Below, one piece after another: positions 39,187 to 48,654 of a stretch of DNA of 64,000 bases. How positions within the stretch are numbered: position 1 is the first letter of the stretch; the number at the start of each line of letters is the position of its first letter. The stretch covers positions 32,001 to 96,000 of the forward strand of contig JBILLK010000023.1 in assembly GCA_044376115.1 (NCBI GenBank), in the 5' to 3' direction. Both the position numbers and the translations under genes were made by a program. The DNA comes from Polyangiaceae bacterium. GTDB taxonomy: Bacteria; Myxococcota_A; Polyangia; Polyangiales; Polyangiaceae. The notes under the pieces were generated by a model, which made no database searches, was not told the origin of the DNA, and saw only the letters and a program-made list of their open reading frames with translations.

Positions 39187-40395
39187 TCACTCCTTGCTCC
39201 AACGCTCATGGTTCTTGGTCCGTTCGCGCTCAGCGATCGCAACGCGTCCCCAGTCCCAGCTGACCAGCTTGCGGAAAGCACCGACGTCGTCACCGCCGTA
39301 GATGTGGACGCCGCGCGCTTCGGCGGATTCGGAGAGCGTTGGCTGCCAGCGACCAGAGGACACGAAGCGCAGCAGCGTCAGCACCCCGGCTTCAATACGG
39401 CCGATGAAGATGCCACAACGCTTGGCGCGTGGGTCGGGCGCACAACCTCCGGCGAGCCAGAGCTCCTCGTTCCCGAGCGGATGCCATAGCCAAATCCGTT
39501 CGACGACGAACAGCTTGGGGACCGGTCCCTCGTTCGTTGCGTTGGGATCGGAGGTCGTACCCTCGCCAGCAGCCTCGAGCCGGTGAATCGCCTGCTCGAA
39601 GAGGAGCCGATGCGCCGCATCGTCGGGACGGTAGCGAAGCGGAGCGCCTCGCTCGACCACCAGTTTCACCTCGGCCGAGTTACGGGGTCCGAGGCAGCAC
39701 CGAAAACCCACGTGATTCGCCTTCTCTTGCGGCTTGCGACTCGCGACGTGGGCGCAGCGACCAACCAGCTCGCCGTGACTGCCATTGCCCCCCTTGAGGG
39801 TAACGAGTCCCTCTGTCCCTCGACCGTAGTCGGAGCTGGTCCACGACCACACTGAGCCGTGCACATCCGCCACGCCAAAAGCGCTGGTACACAAGCCGTG
39901 AAAGCCGTTCGGGGTCAGCGAGTCGCCGGCTTTGCCCGTCTCACAGCGCTCAGCTTGGTACTCGTTGCCGTAGGGATAGATCCAGTTGTCGGGCCCTTTG
40001 CAGGCCCGCTCGAGTTCGAGTTCGGTGCACAGGCGCTTGCCCGACTCACCACACAATCGCTCCGCTTCATCCCGACTCACGCTCGTGGTTGGAAGTGCGC
40101 CAGCCTCATTCGGGTGGAGGTAAAGATCGACGTGAAAGCCGGTGAGCTCGAATGCGTCGCCTGGGAGTTCGGCATCGGCCACCCGAGGGACTTGAGTCCA
40201 GAGTGCGCCGGAGATCAGCTTGCCGGGCGGGATCCAGACCATGCCGACATGCCGCGGCGCTTCATCGCCCATGGCCCAGCCCGAGGCCGAAGTTGAGCTG
40301 TTGGAAGAGGAATCCCGGTGACAAGCCACGAGCAGCGCAACGACCGCAACCGCGACCGAGTGGCTGTCCGGCCGACCGTTGGGCCGCCTCGTCAA
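39187..40395 (-). CDS. FGE-sulfatase/SUMF1-family lipoprotein
   Basis: LVAC lipobox; MVWIPPG, GKRLCTELELERACKG, YPYG, FGVADVHGSVWSW, GFRCC. Confidence 0.82.
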   Translation of the reverse strand: MTRRPNGRPDSHSVAVAVVALLVACHRDSSSNSSTSASGWAMGDEAPRHVGMVWIPPGKLISGALWTQVPRVADAELPGDAFELTGFHVDLYLHPNEAGALPTTSVSRDEAERLCGESGKRLCTELELERACKGPDNWIYPYGNEYQAERCETGKAGDSLTPNGFHGLCTSAFGVADVHGSVWSWTSSDYGRGTEGLVTLKGGNGSHGELVGRCAHVASRKPQEKANHVGFRCCLGPRNSAEVKLVVERGAPLRYRPDDAAHRLLFEQAIHRLEAAGEGTTSDPNATNEGPVPKLFVVERIWLWHPLGNEELWLAGGCAPDPRAKRCGIFIGRIEAGVLTLLRFVSSGRWQPTLSESAEARGVHIYGGDDVGAFRKLVSWDWGRVAIAERERTKNHERWSKE

Positions 40396-41843
40396 TCCGC
40401 GTCCTTCTCGCGCAACCCCAGCTCCTTCATCTTGAGCTGGAGCCCCTTGCGCGAAATCTTCAGCAAGCGAGCCGCATGAGTCACGTTGCCGTGGGTCGAC
40501 AGCAGCGCTCGCTCGATCAGCTCCTTCTCCAAGCGCGTCATGGCAGCCTTCACCTGCTCCTTGAGCCCATCACTGGCCGGCGAGGGGATGGGCGTCTCAT
40601 GCACCTGCGGCGTGGCGGCAGCGACCGGCTCGCGTCGCTCACGAGCCGCCCCCCCACGAAGCTCTTCCGAAAGATCGTGGACGGCGATCAATTCGCCATC
40701 AGCAAAAAGCACCGCTCGTTCGACGACGTTTTCGAGCTCGCGAATGTTGCCTGGCCAGGCGTGCGCGGTGAGCTTCTCCATCGCCGCTTCATCCACCCCC
40801 GAGATCCGCTTCTGTAGCCGCGCATTGAACTTCTTGACGAAGTGCTCGACCAAGAGCGGGATGTCGCTCTTGCGCTCCCGAAGTGCTGGCAGCGCGATCG
40901 GGACGACGTTTAAGCGGTAGTAGAGGTCCTCTCGAAAGCTTCCGTGCCCTATCTCCTTTTTGAGATCGCGATTGGTTGCCGCCACCAACCTCACGTCGAC
41001 CTTCATCGTCTTGATACCGCCGACACGCTCGAACTCACTCTCTTGCAGGACTCGCAGCAGCTTGACCTGCATGTCGACGGGCAACTCGCCAATTTCATCG
41101 AGAAATAGCGTTCCTCCGCTCGCGAGTTCAAAGCGTCCGGGCTTCGCCGCGACAGCGCCAGTGAAGGCTCCTCGCTCATAGCCAAACAGCTCCGCCTCCA
41201 TCAGGTCCTTCGGGATCGCCGCGCAGTTGACCTTGATGAAGGGGTTCTCACGTCGTGGGGAGTTCTCGTGGAGCGCACGCGCGACGAGCTCCTTCCCCGT
41301 TCCGCTTTCTCCTGTGACCAAGACCGTTGTCGGCGTCCCCGCGACGCGCTCGAGCACGGCATACACGTCGAGCACCGGCTGGGATTGGCCGATGATGCCG
41401 AAGCGGGCACCAACGAGCGGCTCGTCTTTCGCCTCCTCGACTCGACTCGCGTCATGACTCTCGAGCTCCCGCGTGCGCAGGGCCTTCTTCACGATGATGC
41501 GCACTTCCTGCTGGTCGAACGGCTTGGTCAGGTAGTCGAAGGCGCCGGTTTTTAGCGCTTCGACGGCCGTCTCCACCGTTCCGTGCGCCGTCATCATCAG
41601 CACCGGGCGCGTGGGGTCATCGCGCAGCGCGGCGCGCAGTAGGTCCATCCCGTCGACCTTGGGCATGCGCAGGTCGGTGATCACCAAATCGATGTGGTTC
41701 TCGCGGAGCAGCAGCAACGCCGCCTCGCCGTCCTCAGCGACATGAACGTCGTACCCCTCGCGCGTAAGCTGCGCGGAGAGCACCCTGCGCAGATTGGCTT
41801 CGTCATCGACCACGAGAATCTGTTTCCGTTCGGGCGGGATCAC
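40392..41843 (-). CDS. Sigma54-dependent NtrC-family response regulator
   Basis: Receiver (VVDDE, DLRMP), GESGTGKE, GAFTGA, WPGNIREL, C-terminal Fis-type HTH. Confidence 0.95.
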   Translation of the reverse strand: MIPPERKQILVVDDEANLRRVLSAQLTREGYDVHVAEDGEAALLLLRENHIDLVITDLRMPKVDGMDLLRAALRDDPTRPVLMMTAHGTVETAVEALKTGAFDYLTKPFDQQEVRIIVKKALRTRELESHDASRVEEAKDEPLVGARFGIIGQSQPVLDVYAVLERVAGTPTTVLVTGESGTGKELVARALHENSPRRENPFIKVNCAAIPKDLMEAELFGYERGAFTGAVAAKPGRFELASGGTLFLDEIGELPVDMQVKLLRVLQESEFERVGGIKTMKVDVRLVAATNRDLKKEIGHGSFREDLYYRLNVVPIALPALRERKSDIPLLVEHFVKKFNARLQKRISGVDEAAMEKLTAHAWPGNIRELENVVERAVLFADGELIAVHDLSEELRGGAARERREPVAAATPQVHETPIPSPASDGLKEQVKAAMTRLEKELIERALLSTHGNVTHAARLLKISRKGLQLKMKELGLREKDAD

Positions 41844-41977
41844 GCGCGCAGCGTACCACGGCCAACCAACAAGTCCTGCGCGTCAAGCGGCGCTCGCTCT
41901 CCGCGCGACCGCCGGGATAATTACGGCCGACGCTGCGAGAAGGTTGTAATCCCTTTGGCATCTCCGATAATTCGCCC

Positions 41978-42826
41978 GTGAACATCGCACATCGCGTCCT
42001 TCTTGCAGGCAGCCTGTTCGGGGTTTCCCTGGTACCGACCACAGCCTTCGCCGCCGACAAGATCTCCGAGCTGAAGAACGCCTTTCCGCCCTGTACGCAA
42101 CGTCCCGAAGCCCGCGCCGAGGAGCAAGCGCGGGCGCTCAACAAGCTGGCCAATCAGGCGCTCGAAGAGAAGCGTTGGAAAGATGCTTCGGACCTTTGGA
42201 CCAAGGCCCACGCGCTCGATTGCTCGCGACCGCGGGTGTTCAAGAGCTTGGGACAGGCTTTCGAAGCAGACGGCAATGTCCACGCCGCCGTGGCCATGTA
42301 TGAGCTCTTGAGCGAGCGGGCTCCGAGCGAAGTACCTGAGGACCTACCGCCCAAGATCCACGAGCTTCGGCTGAAGGCGCAAAAGCTCGATGACGCTGCT
42401 GCGGCTTCAAGCCCCGCCAACGCGAAGCCGCCTACTGAGCCGGCGAAGAAGGTCGAGTTGGAGCGGCCGTTGGGGTTCGTTCCTTGGATTTTGGTTGGCG
42501 GGGGCGCGGCTGTGGCCGTGGGTGGTGGGGTATTGATTGGGGTTGGTCAGGCGCAGGCCAGCGCGGCTGAAGGCGAATGCAAAGTGCCGGAGGAGCGAAC
42601 CGGCTGTCCCCAAAGCGCCGTTGATGACGGTGAGGCTGGCGAGCTGATGAGCCAGATCGGTCAAGGGTTGCTTTACGGTGGGGTTGGCGTCGCGGCGCTA
42701 GGCTTGGTGCTGCAGTTCGCAGCAAACGGCGAGCGCCCCGTCGAAATGGCAACGGTCCCATTCCAATTTGCCGTGGTTCCGCAGGCGGGTGGCGTTGCGT
42801 TCACTGCCTTCGGCACGTTCGAATGA
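41978..42826 (+). CDS. Secreted TPR-like protein with C-terminal hydrophobic segments
   Basis: Signal ending AFA; TPR-like helices; Gly-rich hydrophobic segments. Confidence 0.7.
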   Translation: MNIAHRVLLAGSLFGVSLVPTTAFAADKISELKNAFPPCTQRPEARAEEQARALNKLANQALEEKRWKDASDLWTKAHALDCSRPRVFKSLGQAFEADGNVHAAVAMYELLSERAPSEVPEDLPPKIHELRLKAQKLDDAAAASSPANAKPPTEPAKKVELERPLGFVPWILVGGGAAVAVGGGVLIGVGQAQASAAEGECKVPEERTGCPQSAVDDGEAGELMSQIGQGLLYGGVGVAALGLVLQFAANGERPVEMATVPFQFAVVPQAGGVAFTAFGTFE

Positions 42827-43332
42827 AGGTACGCTGGCTTCTGCTCGGCCTACTGCTGGGAGCGTGCTCTCGCACAGATGAGCCTGCAGTAGCGAAAGAA
42901 CGCACGAGCGACGCCCGCGGTTCGAGTGCGTCGCCTGCAGCGGCCGCGGTCAAACCGCAGCTCGTGCGCGTCCCCGCCGAGCTAAGCGACGGGCGCGACT
43001 ACGTGCGCAAGATGCTGGAGCAACACAAGGACGGTAAGGTCTTGATCTACGTGGGCGCTACCTGGTGTGAGCCGTGCACGCGCTTTCACAACGCGCTCAC
43101 GAGCGGTGCGCTCGACCAAGAATTATCGAACGCGGTGTTCCTCGAGTTCGATCTGGACCAGCACCAAGCGCTGCTTAGCGACTCCGATATGGCCTGCAAA
43201 TCCAAGCTCATTCCGCTCTTTGCTCGCCCCAACGCGGACGGCACCTGCAGCGCCGAGCGAGCCGAGGGTGGTGTGAAAGGAGAGCGAGCCGTGAGTGTGA
43301 TCCTCCCCCAGCTCAAACCGCTGCTGCGCTAA
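42823..43332 (+). CDS. Thioredoxin-family lipoprotein
   Basis: LGAC lipobox; GATWCEPC active site. Confidence 0.85.
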   Translation: MKVRWLLLGLLLGACSRTDEPAVAKERTSDARGSSASPAAAAVKPQLVRVPAELSDGRDYVRKMLEQHKDGKVLIYVGATWCEPCTRFHNALTSGALDQELSNAVFLEFDLDQHQALLSDSDMACKSKLIPLFARPNADGTCSAERAEGGVKGERAVSVILPQLKPLLR

Positions 43333-43899
43333 CTACGGCAACGTCCACTCGATGTCGGTGGAAAGGCTCTCGCGCGAGGGAGTTGTCACGAGCGGCTTGA
43401 GCTGCTGTTGCACGCAAGCGGTGACCTCGGGGTTCGACGCGCGACGGTCTTCACTCACGCCGCGTCCTATCTGCTTGCCGTCTGGGGCAAAGACGACGTT
43501 GAAGGTCAGCTTGACGCTTGTCAGCGATGGCGTCTTCACTTGCACTGGCTTCACGCACTGCTCGACGATCGCCTTACGCTGTGACTCGAGACTGGCGACG
43601 GCGGCCGCGCGGCGGGCTGCCGCTGGGGCCGATGCGGGAGACTCGGCGGTGGCGCTGGCGTCAGCCGAAGGGGCCGAGGCCGTCGACGGTGCAGCAGCTT
43701 CGGCGACCGCGGTGTTCGCTGCTGAGGGGCTAGTCAGGACGGTGGGCGCGGTGGGAGCCACGGACGCCGGACGATCCCGCAGGCCTAGGAACAGCCCAAC
43801 GCCCATCAACAGACCGGCGATGACCACCGCGACCGGGAGGCTCAGAAAAGGGGAAGCCCCGCTCGCAGGAGGGGGCTTCGATGAGGGAGCTTCAGACAT
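43333..43899 (-). CDS. Single-pass membrane protein with TonB-C/AgmX-like C-terminal domain
   Basis: TM, Ala/Pro/Ser linker, C...VKLTFNVVFAPDGK...VTACV. Confidence 0.6.
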   Translation of the reverse strand: MSEAPSSKPPPASGASPFLSLPVAVVIAGLLMGVGLFLGLRDRPASVAPTAPTVLTSPSAANTAVAEAAAPSTASAPSADASATAESPASAPAAARRAAAVASLESQRKAIVEQCVKPVQVKTPSLTSVKLTFNVVFAPDGKQIGRGVSEDRRASNPEVTACVQQQLKPLVTTPSRESLSTDIEWTLP

Positions 43900-43917
43900 G
43901 GAGCGAGGAATGGCTGG

Positions 43918-45201
43918 TCAGTTGGTGACCGTGATCCACCCGTTGACGAAGTCGTTGTCATTGATTGCACCAGCACCCGTGTTGCGCACGCAAGCGCCTA
44001 CCAAATAGGTGCCAGCAGCAAGCGTAGTTGTGGCTGAGGCGCCGTACGAGCGACGACCAGTCGCCACCCTTTGGGTCGAATAGTTGCCAGCCGCGAAGTT
44101 GGTAATGGGCGCAGCTCCGATTTGGAAACAAAGCCCAATATCGACGTCTTGTTCAGCACCGCTAAGAAGCCCGAGTGGCAGTGTTGCCGCGCCCGTAAGC
44201 CGCTGATTGGCCGTTACGGTGATGCTGGCTGTTGGCCCGGCGAATACGTAACTTCCTGAGCCTCCAGGAATTGAAAGAGCAATCGACCCTGCAAGGCTGA
44301 ACGTGGCCACCACGCCCGACGGCCCCGCGGGACCTTGAGCGCCGGTCGCGCCAGCAGGACCGGTTGCCCCGGCTGCGCCCGTTGCTCCGGTTGCTCCCGT
44401 GGGACCTTGCGGGCCCGTGGCGCCTTGCGCACCCGTTGCGCCCGCCGGACCTGCTGCGCCCGCCGGACCTGCTGCGCCGTTGGCGCCTTGCGGACCCGTT
44501 GCACCTTGCGGACCTGCCGGGCCGGCCGGACCTTGCGCGCCGGTCAGACCTTGCGGGCCGGTGGGGCCTTGCGGACCCGCAGGACCGGTGTTGCCGGCCG
44601 GGCCCATCGGCCCGGTGGGACCCGTCGGGCCAGCAGGCCCCGTCGGGCCAGCGGGACCGGCGGGACCGGTGTTACCGGCCGGACCCATCGGCCCGGTTGC
44701 GCCGGGTACGCCGGCCGGTCCCTGAGGGCCAACCAAGCCGCTGGGGCTACCAACCCACTGGCCGTTCTCGTCGATCACCTCATTACCGCCGATCGAAATC
44801 GAGTTGGGCGTGATGTCTCCGACCGCGTTGTTCGACACGAAGGCGTAAGGCACGCTGTTGATCGCCGCACGAGGCGTCATCTCGGGATCGCTGCCAACCG
44901 TGATACCGATGAAGAGCTGTTGGCCTGTGAAGGTGTTGGTGATCGGCGTGTCACCGCCGAGAGCGACCGAATAGAAGCCGTCGTCGAAGGTGATCGAGTG
45001 GACCTCGCTCCAAACGGGCGCGCCACCGGACTCCGCCGTGTAGATCGCGATCTCCATGTCCACGGTCCCGGTGACAGGCTGATTGGCCGAGTCATACAGG
45101 CGACCTTGGTGATTCAGTAGGCCAGGCACCGCGGCGCTCGCCACGCCTGCCACGCCGAAAACGCCCGCGCCCAACACCACCGCAATAAAACGCTTCATCA
45201 T
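43918..45201 (-). CDS. Secreted collagen-like fibre protein
   Basis: Signal peptide; N-domain HQGRL...[11 protein letters not shown]; 48 uninterrupted Gly-X-Y triplets; beta-rich C-terminal head. Confidence 0.88.
   Translation of the reverse strand: MMKRFIAVVLGAGVFGVAGVASAAVPGLLNHQGRLYDSANQPVTGTVDMEIAIYTAESGGAPVWSEVHSITFDDGFYSVALGGDTPITNTFTGQQLFIGITVGSDPEMTPRAAINSVPYAFVSNNAVGDITPNSISIGGNEVIDENGQWVGSPSGLVGPQGPAGVPGATGPMGPAGNTGPAGPAGPTGPAGPTGPTGPMGPAGNTGPAGPQGPTGPQGLTGAQGPAGPAGPQGATGPQGANGAAGPAGAAGPAGATGAQGATGPQGPTGATGATGAAGATGPAGATGAQGPAGPSGVVATFSLAGSIALSIPGGSGSYVFAGPTASITVTANQRLTGAATLPLGLLSGAEQDVDIGLCFQIGAAPITNFAAGNYSTQRVATGRRSYGASATTTLAAGTYLVGACVRNTGAGAINDNDFVNGWITVTN
44308..44739 (-). repeat. 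Collagen (Gly-X-Y)48 coding repeat
   Basis: 432 bp from GLV to GVV, counted by hand. Confidence 0.9.
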
Positions 45202-45668
45202 GGCAAGCTCCCCGTGGCTCCAATAAGGCCGCCCTGCAACTGATAGCTAGGCGAAGACATAGGCTGTTGGTTCTGGGTCGACTGACCCATCGTAAAGACG
45301 ACGCGATAACCCGGACTCGTCAGCGTTCCACCGGCCGAAACGAACGACTGGCCGGGCGCGCCTGCATCGGTCACCGGGCCACCGCCGCCGGCACCACCGC
45401 CGCCCGAGGGCTCGCCCCCACCGCCGCCGGCCCCAGCCCCGCCGCCGCCGTTTGCACCGGCGCCACCGCCGCCCTGCGTGTTTGCACCGCCGCCACCATT
45501 CCCACCGTTGGCGCCAGCACCGCCGCCACCTGGGCTATCCGCCCCGGAGCCGCCGCCGCCCGTCGAGCTGTCGTCACAGCCGGCGCAGCCGGAGAACGTC
45601 GAAAACGCTAGCCAGCCAACGAGTGGCACCCACGCTCGCACTCTGCGAGTCTCGCGCAACTTCCACAT
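45198..45668 (-). CDS. Small Gly-rich lipoprotein coupled to the fibre gene
   Basis: FSGC lipobox; Gly linker; C-terminal TSPGYRV / SSPSYQL repeat; ATGA overlap. Confidence 0.75.
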   Translation of the reverse strand: MWKLRETRRVRAWVPLVGWLAFSTFSGCAGCDDSSTGGGGSGADSPGGGGAGANGGNGGGGANTQGGGGAGANGGGGAGAGGGGGEPSGGGGAGGGGPVTDAGAPGQSFVSAGGTLTSPGYRVVFTMGQSTQNQQPMSSPSYQLQGGLIGATGSLP

Positions 45669-45734
45669 GCGTTTCTCCGTTCACGGCTCCAAGTAAGACA
45701 GGACGTTTTACACCTTCTGTGGTCCACTCGCAAC

Positions 45735-46274
45735 GTGGACGCTGGGTCTCAACCACACCCGAGCGCCGGTCGCTCGCGCGACGCCAAGAAACGCTTTCTA
45801 CGGCTCTATCAGCAAAACCGACAGCACCTCGTCGAGCCTGCGCCCCACGGAAGATTCGCCTCCCTTGGACTTGGCGCGCTAGGTGCCGGGTTGCTTGCGT
45901 TCGCGGCCTTTCGGAGAAGCCCGCCGACTGCGCTGCTTGGCGCGCTGCTGGCGCTCGCGGGAATCGGATTCTTCTTCGCCGTTCAACGTCGAAAGGAGGC
46001 CCGACTCGTGCTGATGCGCGTGCGAGTCCTCGCCCTCGCCGGCGCCGAATTGCCGGATGGCCCGAGCGCCGAGGTCGAACTTTTGCGTCGGCTGCGAATT
46101 CGACCCGATGGGTACATTCGCCACGACCCACCGATGCGCAGCCGAGTCACCCTCGCCCTGAGCGCCGAACTCTACGCTCGGCTTCAAACGAGGAGCGATA
46201 CAGCCGAACCGATCGAACTCTTGGCAGCGGGCGACCAATACGCCTTCGGCCTTTACGACGAAGGCCGCGCGTAA
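45735..46274 (+). CDS. Hypothetical membrane protein (2 TM)
   Basis: Two hydrophobic helices; fills the gap between flanking genes. Confidence 0.6.
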   Translation: MDAGSQPHPSAGRSRDAKKRFLRLYQQNRQHLVEPAPHGRFASLGLGALGAGLLAFAAFRRSPPTALLGALLALAGIGFFFAVQRRKEARLVLMRVRVLALAGAELPDGPSAEVELLRRLRIRPDGYIRHDPPMRSRVTLALSAELYARLQTRSDTAEPIELLAAGDQYAFGLYDEGRA

Positions 46275-46280
46275 CGGGCA

Positions 46281-47243
46281 CTACACTCGGAAGCCGACTT
46301 CGATGCGGTTGTAGAGCAGGCTGCGATCTCGATAGAAGTAAGAGCGCCCGAGCGCCGTATCAAAACGGAAGTAGGGTTCGAAGAACGGCCTCAAGTTTCT
46401 CGAGCTGTTGAGCTGCCGCAAAATGATCGCGCTGCCGGGCGCCAAGCTTCGCAAGGCGTCGGCACTGGTTGAAATCTCCTCGTCCTCCCAGCCGTCGAGC
46501 AAGTTGGACAGACTGACGAGATCGAAATTCGCCAACTCCGGCACGTCGAGCAAGGTGCCAAGGACCGGCTTCACGTCGAGAGGGCCGCCTAACCGAATGT
46601 ACGTGGGTGCACATTCCTTGCGGTAGCCGCCGAGAAAGACGTGCTGCAAGAAGGGGTTCTCGGGAGCTGCGTCCCGCCGCAACCCGCGTTCGAACGCGCC
46701 CTTGAAATAGCGCATGTGCGAGCCGTCCTTGGCCCAACGCGCCGGACGTTCGCCGAGCGCTTCTCGGACCAGGACCTCGCTGAAGCAAGCATGGAACGCC
46801 GCCGTCCAGTACTTCGACGTGGTCCACCGACGGACCATATCGTCGAGCACCCGCAACGGACGAGCGCGGGTAAAAAACGTGAGCAGCTCCTGATGCGGCG
46901 CGATGAACTCCTCGAAGAACGCCCGAACGAGCCGAAACACCCGCTCAAACTCACCCGCTTGATTGAGGCTCGCGCTGCTCGCGTGCTCGACGTTGAGGGC
47001 CTTGAAATCGCGCTTCCGAGCGGCCTCCGCCTTGTTCAACATATGCTCGAGTTGGCGCGGATTGTTGTCGAACGCCGTTACCTCGACCTCGCGAAATCGC
47101 GCCGCCAGCGAGAGGGCTACGCAGCCCCCCGAGGCCACACACAGCACGCGTTTTGCGCGGATGCGATTGATCAGATCACCTTCGAGTCGCGGGTCCTCGC
47201 GGATCACGCCGTACAGCAGACCAGCGGAAGTCTTTTCGGGCAT
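46281..47243 (-). CDS. DUF3419 (BtaA-like) SAM-dependent transferase
   Basis: REDPRLE, VLCVASGGC, FDNNPRQL, LSNLLD, DRSLLY. Confidence 0.75.
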   Translation of the reverse strand: MPEKTSAGLLYGVIREDPRLEGDLINRIRAKRVLCVASGGCVALSLAARFREVEVTAFDNNPRQLEHMLNKAEAARKRDFKALNVEHASSASLNQAGEFERVFRLVRAFFEEFIAPHQELLTFFTRARPLRVLDDMVRRWTTSKYWTAAFHACFSEVLVREALGERPARWAKDGSHMRYFKGAFERGLRRDAAPENPFLQHVFLGGYRKECAPTYIRLGGPLDVKPVLGTLLDVPELANFDLVSLSNLLDGWEDEEISTSADALRSLAPGSAIILRQLNSSRNLRPFFEPYFRFDTALGRSYFYRDRSLLYNRIEVGFRV

Positions 47244-47359
47244 GCGCAGGTTCTATCGGCTGAACGCCGCTCTCTGCAAGCTGCACTTCGCAGAACAGGG
47301 TGCTTCCGCTGGCAGGACCAACCGCTGTTAAGCTGAGCCCGACCGATGGAGCGCAACGC

Positions 47360-47956
47360 ATGACTTCAGACGCTGGCTTTCGCCCTCACGGAACGGACGC
47401 TGTTGCGCATTTTGGCGCGATTCGACGACTGCCGTTTGAGGTCACCCCCGATGACCGCTGGTTTCGCCATTGGGAGCCTTTCGACACCATGGTGGCCCCC
47501 GAGCATTGGCTTTGTTCGATGACCGAGCGTACGCCGTGGGGTGTGCATGTGGTCGCGGAGGCTTGGACGTCGACCTTGGGTGTAGAGCCGCTCGAGCGCA
47601 CCTTGGTTGGCTTCGCGGAGGTGCCCACTCCGCGCCGACGCGCCGCAATGCGAGTTGGCGAGCCGTTTCTCACGCGCGTCGCCTTCCTCGAGTCCCCTCC
47701 CCCACCCCGCGTCAGTTTGGGCGAAAGGCTGTGGGACGAGCACGTTCACACCTTCGCAGCCTCGCCGGCCGAGGCACAGGCTGCGTTTCCACCAGCGCTG
47801 CGTGAGCTTTTGCGGCAGCGCGGCTTTCGCGGACACCTCGAGATGCGCCCGGGCGGGTTCGTCGTGCATCACGAGGGCTTCGCGCCCCGGCCTGAGTACT
47901 ACGATCTCACCTTCCGCATGCTGAATGACATCGGCACTGCCCTTCGGAGAAGCTGA
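47360..47956 (+). CDS. Hypothetical protein
   Basis: GGAG RBS, ATG 47360; stop overlaps the response regulator start (TGATG). Confidence 0.6.
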   Translation: MTSDAGFRPHGTDAVAHFGAIRRLPFEVTPDDRWFRHWEPFDTMVAPEHWLCSMTERTPWGVHVVAEAWTSTLGVEPLERTLVGFAEVPTPRRRAAMRVGEPFLTRVAFLESPPPPRVSLGERLWDEHVHTFAASPAEAQAAFPPALRELLRQRGFRGHLEMRPGGFVVHHEGFAPRPEYYDLTFRMLNDIGTALRRS

Positions 47957-48654
47957 TGCCCCGTATCCTGCTCGTCGATGATGAACCGGCCATCCTTGAG
48001 TCGCTGGCCTATGCGCTCAAACGCGACGGCTTCGAGGTGCAGTTGGCGCACACGCTTCGCGAAGCGCGCGAGGTATTGCGCGAGTCCGCGGTGGAGCTGG
48101 TGCTGCTCGATCTCATGCTGCCAGACGGCAGCGGCTTCGACGTTCTCCATGAGGCCCGGCGTAAAGACTCTCCGCCAGCGGTGATCATCCTCTCGAGTCG
48201 CGACGACGAGGCGGATCGCGTTGCGGCGCTCGAGACCGGCGCGGACGATTACGTCACCAAGCCCTTTTCCCCGCGTGAGGTGGTGGCGCGGGTGCGCGCG
48301 GTCTTGCGGCGCGCAGGCGCGCAAAGCGCGGTACCCGACAACACGCCCAAAGATCTTCCGCTCGCTGTCGACGAGGCCACGCGACGCGCAACCGTTCACG
48401 GCAGCCCGGTCGACCTGACTCGCGTCGAGTTCGACCTCCTATCGTGCCTGCTTTCTGGTCCGGGCCGTGTTTTCACTCGACCACAAATCATCGATCGCGT
48501 CTGGGGGGACGGCTTTGCGATCACTGACCGCACCATCGACTCGCACGTAAAGTCGTTGCGCAAGAAGGTCTCAGAAGCGGGCGGTGATCCGTCGCTCGTA
48601 GAGACGGTTCGTGGAGTCGGCTATCGCGTGACTGACAAGCCCAATGCGACCTGA
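47956..48654 (+). CDS. OmpR-family response regulator (CreB-like)
   Basis: VDDE, LDLMLPDGSG, KPFSPRE, DRTIDSHVK, TVRGVGY. Confidence 0.93.
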   Translation: MPRILLVDDEPAILESLAYALKRDGFEVQLAHTLREAREVLRESAVELVLLDLMLPDGSGFDVLHEARRKDSPPAVIILSSRDDEADRVAALETGADDYVTKPFSPREVVARVRAVLRRAGAQSAVPDNTPKDLPLAVDEATRRATVHGSPVDLTRVEFDLLSCLLSGPGRVFTRPQIIDRVWGDGFAITDRTIDSHVKSLRKKVSEAGGDPSLVETVRGVGYRVTDKPNAT

